NCBI GenBank assembly: GCA_963787835.1
Contig: CAWBEI010000005.1
Location: 292,313-356,312, forward strand
Source of the DNA: Ignavibacteriota bacterium
GTDB lineage: Bacteria > Bacteroidota > Ignavibacteria > Palsa-1295
Direction of reading: 5' to 3'
DNA: 64,000 bases
Shown here: positions 1 to 9,751 of the stretch, one piece after another
Position numbering within the stretch: the first letter of the stretch is position 1
How the letters are laid out: every line of letters begins with the position of its first letter
Notes under the pieces: model-generated
What the model saw: the letters and a program-made list of their open reading frames with translations, nothing else
What the model was told of the DNA's origin: nothing
Database searches by the model: none
Position numbers and translations under genes: made by a program

Positions 1-165
1 GTTTTTAGTGTGAGTCCGAGTCATTTACCGAATGTCGTCGGGTATATCGAAAATCAGGAAGAACATCACCGCACAAAAACTTTCCAGGAAGAATTCGAGG
101 ATATGTTGAAGGCTGCCGGTGTTGAATACGATCCGAAATATTTGTGGCATGATGATGGGGAATAA
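1..165 (+). mobile_element. tnpA: 3' end of IS200/IS605-family (Y1/RAYT-like) tyrosine transposase, truncated by window edge
   Basis: Frame 1 translates VFSVSPSHLPNVVGYIENQEEHHRTKTFQEEFEDMLKAAGVEYDPKYLWHDDGE*, containing the YIxNQxxHH catalytic-Tyr motif of Y1 transposases; not in the ORF track. Confidence 0.85.
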
Positions 166-408
166 CATCGCCCTTTCAGGGCTTAGTGTTCGTGGGTCTA
201 TCGTTACCCAGGGTTCCGCTTGCGCACCAATGGTGCGCAAGCTCCACCCTGGGCTGCGAGTACTTCGTCCCTTCGGGACTTTGGGAGCCCAGCCGCGGAG
301 CGGCGAAGTACCCGCAGCCCAGGGTGAAGCAAACATCGCCCACGATGCGAAGCGGAACCCTGGGTTAGCGAAATCAAATAGATTTTTCAAGCCCTGGAAG
401 GGCGATGT
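166..408. repeat. Large imperfect inverted repeat (REP/REPIN-like) flanking the Y1 transposase
   Basis: CATCGCCCTTTCAGGGCTT pairs with AAGCCCTGGAAGGGCGATG; ACCCAGGGTTCCGCTT with AAGCGGAACCCTGGGT; CACCCTGGGCTGCGAGTACTTCG with CGAAGTACCCGCAGCCCAGGGTG. Confidence 0.8.
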
Positions 409-424
409 TAATTACGTTCCACAT

Positions 425-748
425 ATTGTCTCGCTAAAAGGCGGCGGCAACGTCGGGGTTGCGATGGTCAAGGACCTGATCGCGACGGTCGAGCGCGAAA
501 AAGCCGCGATGGGATTTTTTGTCACGCTGGCCGAACCGACGCGACCGATGCGCGAGGAAGCAGTCTCCGCCGGTTTCTACGACGCTCCCCGCTTCGGCTC
601 CGAATACCCGAAGCTGCAAATCCTCACCATCGAAGGACTCATGAATGGCACCGAACGCCCCCGGTTCCCGGATTTAACGCTGGGCCGCTCCACCTTCAAA
701 CGCGCGGCTGTGGAGGATATGGGAGCCGAGCAGGAGAAATTATTGTAA
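425..748 (+). pseudogene. C-terminal Mrr-like restriction endonuclease domain of a DNA methylase-nuclease fusion, apparently cut off from its N-terminus by the IS200-like insertion
   Basis: IVSLKGGGNVGVAMVKDLIATVEREKAAMGFFVTLAEPTRPMREEAVSAGFY...YPKLQILTIEGL resembles the C-terminus of N6/N4-MTase + Mrr_cat proteins; the upstream part of ORF 119-748 is mostly translated palindrome. Confidence 0.7.
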
Positions 749-760
749 ACCACACTCAGT

Positions 761-1543
761 ATGAGTATCATAATTAATGGATATGTGCCTTACCCAAACT
801 ACTGGCCACGGAAGCTCGCCGTAAGCCGAGCGACAATTGATTTTGTGAAAGAGCTTCGTTTACTGGGAGTGGATGTGAAATTTGACTCGGAACGGGACGG
901 AATTGTCAATTGGATAAAAGAGAATAAGGCAATCGATTTATTGTCTAATCCCCTCGTTCAGCTTTTTCTAAATGCTGGTATTAGTTTGTACGCAAAAGAA
1001 ATTAGGGAAGCTCTCACAAATCTTGTGAGAGGCCACTCTTATAAAGGAGATGCATCCGTACTTGTAAAAACTGAGGAGACAGATTATCTTGTCACTTCTT
1101 CTGAGCTAAGGCCACTAAACGAAGAACTGATGAATAAGCTGCACGAAGAACGTGTGAAGTCCTGGATACGACCTTTCCAAATCGGAGGCATAAACAAGAT
1201 TCCGATTTATTTGGAGCATACATCCAGAATTGTTGCTTGTGCGGACCTAGTTTATGAGAACGATATAGGCCTAATGATTGAGGGAGTTCAATTTTTTGAC
1301 CAAGACGTTGAACGAGAAGTTAAGAATGGCTCTCGCAATGGATGCAGTATTTCAGGTCTTGTTACTTCTAGCGAATGTATGATCTGCCATAATCAATATT
1401 CAACTTGTTCGCATCTTACATTCAAGAAGTACGAGGGAAATCAATGTACAGTCAAAATCAAGTCATTTTTGATTGCAGAATGCAGTATTGTAAAGAACCC
1501 CTCTCAGGATCGTGCTCGAATACAGTGGATTCCGGCAAGGTAA
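761..1543 (+). CDS. Hypothetical protein with C-terminal phage prohead-protease-like domain and Cys/His cluster
   Basis: IPIYLEH...GCSISG...CMIC-x6-CSH...KYEGNQC...ECSIVKNPS resembles HK97-type prohead protease motifs (H; SiG; EiSiVxxPA). Confidence 0.55.
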   Translation: MSIIINGYVPYPNYWPRKLAVSRATIDFVKELRLLGVDVKFDSERDGIVNWIKENKAIDLLSNPLVQLFLNAGISLYAKEIREALTNLVRGHSYKGDASVLVKTEETDYLVTSSELRPLNEELMNKLHEERVKSWIRPFQIGGINKIPIYLEHTSRIVACADLVYENDIGLMIEGVQFFDQDVEREVKNGSRNGCSISGLVTSSECMICHNQYSTCSHLTFKKYEGNQCTVKIKSFLIAECSIVKNPSQDRARIQWIPAR

Positions 1544-1561
1544 TTATTATAAACAGAAACC

Positions 1562-2113
1562 ATGACAGACCCTACAAGGGAAGTAATCACCGATCCAAAA
1601 TTCAATGCTCTTTTTTCAAAAGAGGAATTTGTAAGGTTCGGGCCAGTGGCCGAGAAACGTTTTTTGGCAACTTTAGGATCGGTATCACTCGGCTTAGAGA
1701 ACATACATAACGCGCTTTCCAGTATTGCTATTGCGCTGGTTGCTGGAGAAGCAACTGCTACCCAAATTGTCCTTAATAAGCTATCATTCAAGAATCTTGT
1801 TGAAGTGGTTGGTTCACTCGCTAAGCACAAAGGAATAGATGATCTTGACAGACTTTTATTTGTATTAGAAAAGGCAGCACAAGCTGAAGAAATCAGGAAT
1901 CAATTAGTGCATTCACAGTGGGGAGCTCCAAATGATGATGTCAATGCAGGGACGAGATTTAAGACCAAGATTTCTCGGAAAAAAGGGATTGAGTACACGT
2001 TTGAAGATTATTCGCACCAAGACTTAGAAGATATCATCGACTTTTTTAGAAAAGTCCACAACAGTGTTGGGTCTATAGATTTAATAATCCGGAAACGGTT
2101 GTCAGGTGTGTGA
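1562..2113 (+). CDS. HEPN-like domain protein (putative RNase)
   Basis: Predominantly helical 183 aa with RNQLVH (Rx4H) motif followed by SQW. Confidence 0.55.
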   Translation: MTDPTREVITDPKFNALFSKEEFVRFGPVAEKRFLATLGSVSLGLENIHNALSSIAIALVAGEATATQIVLNKLSFKNLVEVVGSLAKHKGIDDLDRLLFVLEKAAQAEEIRNQLVHSQWGAPNDDVNAGTRFKTKISRKKGIEYTFEDYSHQDLEDIIDFFRKVHNSVGSIDLIIRKRLSGV

Positions 2114-2153
2114 CGCCTGCTTCCCGTCGAGCGGATTGTGCCGTCCGCCACCG

Positions 2154-2268
2154 AGTCTGAACCCTCCTCGGCGGGCCTTCGGCTGGGATTAATGGGACGG
2201 GGAGAATTTTTTGGATGATTGTGCATAATCCCCATCATCCAAATCATCCTCCGCATCCCAGTTCAGAC
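2154..2268. repeat. GTCTGAAC...GTTCAGAC palindromic repeat with GGATT/AATCC-rich arms
   Basis: GTCTGAACC near 2154 and CAGTTCAGAC near 2259; related half copies near 20867 and 54895. Confidence 0.5.
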
Positions 2269-2335
2269 ATTCGCGCGGGTTGTGTCGTCCGCCCCCATGG
2301 GAAAGATGAACTATGAAAGATGAAATGGGGAATAT

Positions 2336-2434
2336 TGTAGCGCCGGACGCATCGCCCACGATGCTTTCCCCGCCGGTCCCCTAATCCCAGTGCGCACGCA
2401 CCCTGGGGGGACAGGCGAGGACGCCTGCGCTACA
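2336..2434. repeat. Inverted pair of GTAG-family REP elements
   Basis: TGTAGCGCCGGACGCATCGCCC and CAGGCGAGGACGCCTGCGCTACA (GTAG tetranucleotide plus palindrome). Confidence 0.6.
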
Positions 2435-2531
2435 GGGGCTATTTATTTTCGATTATTTTCAGGAATCGCTTGACTTCTGGAAATTCCCGCCGTATATTGG
2501 TATATGCTTTGATAGGCACTATTTCTTGGAG

Positions 2532-2764
2532 AAAGTATGAAGTATGAATTATGAAGTATGAATGGGGGCGGGGAGTTCATTGAAAAATTGATCTCGGCGG
2601 TAGGTTTCGATATGAACGAGTTCTCCATGAAAGCGTTTTGTGGATAACTTTTTCAACAAATGGCGAATCCAGCTCACATTCAAGGGTGGTCGGGAACTCA
2701 GCAAAAAAAAGAAATGGCACCAATTTCTGGGGGAAATTATGAAGTATGAATTATGAAGTATGAA
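2532..2764. repeat. Heptamer tandem repeats (TATGAAG/TATGAAT), two blocks
   Basis: AAGTATGAAGTATGAATTATGAAGTATGAA at ~2532-2562 and ~2736-2764; reverse-complement block at ~26511-26549. Confidence 0.7.
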
Positions 2765-2963
2765 AGGGAGAGGATTCGGAAAAATGTTGATTTTTTGGTT
2801 TTTGGCTAAATATTGTATTATTTTTGTACCGGAAACGCGATTTGGTGCCGGAAATGGCAGGTCACTTAAAAATCCTTTAAAAAGATTGTAACCTTTTCGC
2901 GTTTTGCGGGTCTTTGTTATAGGAGCGTCAATAACGGCGCTTCATAAAGGAATAAAAAACATA

Positions 2964-3299
2964 CTTTCAGAAGGACACTTGATACTGTTCTCTGTCTGGA
3001 AATCGCGATAATCGGTAACGAGCGATCGCTAACGAATCGCGGTTTTTTCAGAGAGGCTATAAAGGATGAGCGATCATCCGAGCATGAGCGATCATGCGAA
3101 TGGATTTGCCGCTTAAGGGCGGTACCCGGTCAGCGCTAATGCAGCTATGGTGCTGCCAGCGTTTATCAGGTAACAAATCGAGAAGTCATTTTCACGCAAC
3201 CGGACTGGTACAGCGGCGAAAAGGACGAAGCTCCAGGCGGCAAACCTCCATTTTTTAGCTTCTCGGCAGAGTCTTTTCATCAACTCTAACTTCTGAAAG
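2964..3299 (+). ncRNA. Putative structured ncRNA / 5' leader RNA of unknown class
   Basis: Closing stem CTTTCAGAAG (2964-2973) / CTTCTGAAAG (3290-3299); several internal stems; three GCGA tetraloop hairpins; no ORF in the track. Confidence 0.55.
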
Positions 3300-3302
3300 A
3301 CT

Positions 3303-3698
3303 ATGTCATCAACCTCGATTCCTTCTCCTGCTCACGTAGATCACACCCGCTTAGGTCATGTGGGCCATGAACTTCCGCCGTTCGTCGATCTTCAGTATAG
3401 TCCATATCCACAATCCGACGGTCAGCTCGGGACGATGCCCGGGAATAATCCTGTGCCGGATCTGATCCCGGACGAGGTCTATCAGGTGCTTCTGGCGCAC
3501 GATCTCATCAGCGAAAAAGGGATACGCGATCACATCATTCGCAAGGCATTCAAAGCCATGCGCGAACAGCAGGAATTGAAAAGCTGCGAAGCACTGGCGC
3601 GGCTGCAAGCGGTGTATCCATATTTGCAGATCGATACGATCAGGAAGATCATCTATCGCATCGGGCCGGGCGCTAACCGGAAAGCAATGATGTTTTAG
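3303..3698 (+). CDS. Small hypothetical protein with helical, HTH-like C-terminus
   Basis: ISEKGIRDHIIRKAFKAMRE...ALARLQAVYPYLQIDTIRKIIY; basic, amphipathic helices. Confidence 0.65.
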   Translation: MSSTSIPSPAHVDHTRLGHVGHELPPFVDLQYSPYPQSDGQLGTMPGNNPVPDLIPDEVYQVLLAHDLISEKGIRDHIIRKAFKAMREQQELKSCEALARLQAVYPYLQIDTIRKIIYRIGPGANRKAMMF

Positions 3699-3716
3699 AG
3701 GAAAAGTTCTTATAGA

Positions 3717-3876
3717 GTCATTGCGAGAAGAATCGAACGACCCGCATGATCGGTCATGCTGAGGGAGTTCGATTCGACGAAGCAATCTCAGACAGATTAC
3801 CGCGCTGTCTGTTCCGCCTGAGATTGTTTCGAAGGAATTGCTCCGCTGACGCTTCGCAATTCCTTCTCGCAATGAC
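3717..3876. repeat. GTCATTGCGAG...CTCGCAATGAC palindromic element, copy 1
   Basis: Terminal inverted repeats plus internal GACGAAGCAATCTC/GAGATTG stems; related copies at 13092, 16337, 35153, 39348. Confidence 0.85.
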
Positions 3877-3910
3877 ATGAAAATAAAACTGTTAGGAAAA
3901 ACACGCATAA

Positions 3911-6562
<2,652 letters not shown>

Positions 6563-6598
6563 GAAACTCTAACCGCTTCGAAGGGAAATCGTGCCCAA

Positions 6599-6700
6599 TT
6601 ACTCAAATGTAACTTCCAGCGGCACCTCGTCCGGGTCGCGGAAGTAAACGGCGTAATACTCTGGCGAGTATTCGGGATAATGCGCGGGAGGGCGTTGAAA
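6599..6700 (-). pseudogene. C-terminal remnant of a VOC/glyoxalase-family gene
   Basis: Minus strand reads PPAHYPEYSPEYYAVYFRDPDEVPLEVTFE*, like the YYAxFxDPDGxxLE end of VOC proteins; no start codon. Confidence 0.6.
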
Positions 6701-6708
6701 ACCGGGGA

Positions 6709-8127
6709 TTAATTATTCCCCTTCGAAGCGATCTCCTGAATGTTGGAAAGCTTGTACTCGCCGGGGGAGCCATTTTCTACGAAGTGAAAGATCTTGCCGA
6801 CATTATTGGCGTAGGTCCATGTTTCGGTTGGGGATTCGCCGGGAATGAACGACCGCTCGATCTTAGTCGGCGGGCCATAGAGAATATACACTTTGCCACG
6901 ATCAGTTGTTGCGCCGTTCAGCATTCGGGTGGTGGTGAAGTTGAACGCGGCGTAATCCACGCGCTGGTAGAAGGTTGCCATGTGGTCGTTGTAAGCAGAG
7001 CCTTTCGCGGGGTATTGGGTATTCCAATAGGCATAGAGCTTTCTCATCTTTTCTTTATCGGAGCCGGAGTTCAGTGCGGCAAAGTCTTCCGGCTTCATAA
7101 TGATCTCGAGCGGAGGAATGGCATCCTCGGGGTCTTGAAGTGTGAGCGGCATGTTCTGCCAGACGAGCATAAAATCGTTCTTTTGCGTTTGCTCCGCATT
7201 ACCAGATTTTATGTGGAAAGTAAATTCGTATTTTCCTTGCTCGAAGGTCTGACCGGGAACATTAAATATAGCAGTCCAAAGCTGACCGTCGGAATCGGGT
7301 AACAGTTCATACCGAAGAATGCTATCGGCGGCCATAAATTGGAGGGAGCTTTTTGGGTGCAGGTCGCTGAGATCGAGCTGACCGTGATAACGCTGGCCGG
7401 TGTCCTCGGGGTTGATAAGGTTACTGACCTGCCGCACATTAATATCGACATTCGGCAGGGCCTCAGTCGTATCCGGCAGCCGAAACGCTGCGACGCCAAT
7501 AATATTATGGCTGAACATATAGGTATTGCCGCGCGCGCTTGTATATTCAATGCTATTCTTCATGCTGTCTGCAAGCGAGATATCACCGATGGCAATATGT
7601 GCTTCACCGCCAGTAAGGTAGCGAGGATGCGCGCTTTTGATGAGACGCAGGTCAATGATCTGTGGGCGCATTACTAAGCGGTCCACGTTATCTCGCACTT
7701 CAATATGGAGTGCATATTTATTGCTTGTATCCAGAGGTGGAAGCGTGAACCGTTCGCTCATGGCGTGCCAGCATGTCTTGGAAACCGATTCATCGAAGGT
7801 TTTTGCGTAGATCGTGTCATGGATATTTCGGGAAAGGACGGGCTGTGCAGTTCCTTGCTGATCTACTTCAAAGGTTACTTCCCGTATTGCGAAATACTCG
7901 CCACGAGTGGAATTTTTTGCTCGAAGGAACGAGAACATCGCGCTGGAGGTCGTCAGCCGAACATCGACCGTCCGGCCATCCGGCGCTTGGACGACGCTTG
8001 TCATGACGGGGTCGCCATAATCGTAATACATCCGCGAATCGTGCGAATGCCATTGGGCATTGGCACCGTTTGCAAATGCTGCAACGGCGATCGTGAATGC
8101 TAAAGCCCTTAATACGATTCTTTTCAT
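6709..8127 (-). CDS. GWxTD-domain-containing exported protein
   Basis: Signal peptide; FYQRVDYAAFNF...GATTDRGKVYILYGPP...ETWTY. Confidence 0.85.
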   Translation of the reverse strand: MKRIVLRALAFTIAVAAFANGANAQWHSHDSRMYYDYGDPVMTSVVQAPDGRTVDVRLTTSSAMFSFLRAKNSTRGEYFAIREVTFEVDQQGTAQPVLSRNIHDTIYAKTFDESVSKTCWHAMSERFTLPPLDTSNKYALHIEVRDNVDRLVMRPQIIDLRLIKSAHPRYLTGGEAHIAIGDISLADSMKNSIEYTSARGNTYMFSHNIIGVAAFRLPDTTEALPNVDINVRQVSNLINPEDTGQRYHGQLDLSDLHPKSSLQFMAADSILRYELLPDSDGQLWTAIFNVPGQTFEQGKYEFTFHIKSGNAEQTQKNDFMLVWQNMPLTLQDPEDAIPPLEIIMKPEDFAALNSGSDKEKMRKLYAYWNTQYPAKGSAYNDHMATFYQRVDYAAFNFTTTRMLNGATTDRGKVYILYGPPTKIERSFIPGESPTETWTYANNVGKIFHFVENGSPGEYKLSNIQEIASKGNN

Positions 8128-8202
8128 TTCCTATGTTGATCTCTTTCTTGCAAACACCCTATATGGGTACAAACACGCCCACAACATTTAAGTCTCATAT
8201 CC

Positions 8203-8598
8203 TTAATTGAGAAGCGCACCTTCCATGATCCACGTTCTAATTCCATCGCGCTGATTTTCGTTTACATTGAGTGGTGCGTTATGGATCTCCTCGCCAAACA
8301 ATGTTCTGATCAGGATAGAGGATGTATCGAGATTTGGATTTGAAGTGTTCACATCGATGAGGCCAGGATAACCGCGAAGATCCGTCCATGTGGAAAAATC
8401 GTATCCACCAGATGCGGATATGTCGTGGCAACCGGGGCTGTTACACGCGAGAGTAAGAAACGGCTCGACCTGCTGAGAGTAGCTCACATTTGTTGCCGGA
8501 AACACGATCTGATCGGCATTCGAAATACCACCACAGCCTTGCGTGAAAATCACAAGGATCCCAAAGGCTGCAAAAATACTAAAAAGTGCAGTTTTCAT
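8203..8598 (-). CDS. Lipoprotein with cytochrome c-like motif
   Basis: Lipobox TQGC; VSYSQQVEPFLTLACNSPGCHD (Cx4CH) and IRTWIMEGA ending. Confidence 0.6.
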   Translation of the reverse strand: MKTALFSIFAAFGILVIFTQGCGGISNADQIVFPATNVSYSQQVEPFLTLACNSPGCHDISASGGYDFSTWTDLRGYPGLIDVNTSNPNLDTSSILIRTLFGEEIHNAPLNVNENQRDGIRTWIMEGALLN

Positions 8599-8698
8599 CG
8601 TTCAAAAAAATAACCCATTATGGAGGATTCTCATTCCAGGCGCCCCTGACGGAGGGTTCATCCAAAATGTAACGTAAAAGTCGTATCTTTGTAACAAG

Positions 8699-9751
8699 AT
8701 GACTGTACCGCGTTCGATTACTTTTCCCCTTGCCATCATAGCGCTTGTTGTAAGCGGTGCGGCGTTGCATATCATGCAGCCGGTTCTGTTGCCATTTGTG
8801 GTGGCGTTGTTCCTCTCGAATATTTTTCGTCCGCTTGTCGTGTATCTTCGTAACAAGCATGTTCCTATGGCGCTTATTCTTTTGATCGTCGTTGCGCTGG
8901 TTGGTGGGGTGCTGTTTGGCGTTTCGATGGTTGCGGTTTCGAGCGTTAACTCGCTGATGGTTGCGATGCCTCGCTATGAGGCGCGCTGGAATAATACGCT
9001 GCTACCCGGGATCGAAAATATGCTTGACGCTGCACCGGCCGCGCTTCAGCAGCAAGTGCATACCCTTCGATGGTCAAACGTCGTGCAGGTTTCTTCGATT
9101 TTTGGAATACTTTATGCTGGCGCCGGAGGATTTGTTTCCGTAATGAGCGGGCTTGGGCTTATTCTGCTTTTTATGCTTTTTATTCTCGAAGGCAATGGAT
9201 TATTCGAACGTAAGATCCGCGCAGCGTATCCCGATACCAGCGATGAGATCATCTCCGTCATTAACCGGATCGATGGGAAAACGGAGCGTTATTTTATTAC
9301 GATGACGCTCATCAATCTTGTCAGTGGTATTATTTCCATCATTATCTTATCTGCATTTGGTGTTGATTTGGCGCTCTTATGGGGACTTGTAACCTTTATC
9401 GTTTGCTTTATCCCAACGTTAGGATCTATCTTTGCACTTGCATTACCAATCGGAGTGGCATTTTTGCAGTTCGATAGTATCTCCACCCCTATTGCAGTAG
9501 CGATCACGCTCATAGCGGTGCAATTCCTTTGGGGGAGTGTTATCACCCCTCGCATTATGGGTTCCAGCCTCGATCTTAGTCCGCTGCTTGTGTTGCTTTC
9601 GCTGATCTTTTGGGGTTGGGTGTGGGGGCCGTGGGGGATGGTGCTTTCGGTGCCGGTCACCTCAATGATTAAGATCGCCATGGAAAGTATCCCATCTACG
9701 AAACCGTTAGCGATCCTAGGGTCTCACTCAGTCCCGCCCAATCAAACATAA
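8699..9751 (+). CDS. AI-2E family transporter
   Basis: Multi-TM; FIPTLGS, PRIMGSSLDLSPLLVLLSLIFWGWVWGPWGMVLSVP. Confidence 0.92.
   Translation: MTVPRSITFPLAIIALVVSGAALHIMQPVLLPFVVALFLSNIFRPLVVYLRNKHVPMALILLIVVALVGGVLFGVSMVAVSSVNSLMVAMPRYEARWNNTLLPGIENMLDAAPAALQQQVHTLRWSNVVQVSSIFGILYAGAGGFVSVMSGLGLILLFMLFILEGNGLFERKIRAAYPDTSDEIISVINRIDGKTERYFITMTLINLVSGIISIIILSAFGVDLALLWGLVTFIVCFIPTLGSIFALALPIGVAFLQFDSISTPIAVAITLIAVQFLWGSVITPRIMGSSLDLSPLLVLLSLIFWGWVWGPWGMVLSVPVTSMIKIAMESIPSTKPLAILGSHSVPPNQT

Noticed and set aside
119-424. N-terminal half of ORF 119-748 as real protein
   Set aside because: It overlaps the transposase tail and is otherwise translated palindrome.
2639-2647. DnaA box (TGTGGATAA) suggesting oriC
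   Set aside because: Single perfect box, no cluster, no dnaA/dnaN/gidA context.
2964-3299. tmRNA, RNase P, SRP or 6S identity for the structured region
   Set aside because: Lacks tRNA-like ends, GAGGAAAGUCC, the SRP GGAA-loop motif and the single-rod 6S shape; left unassigned.
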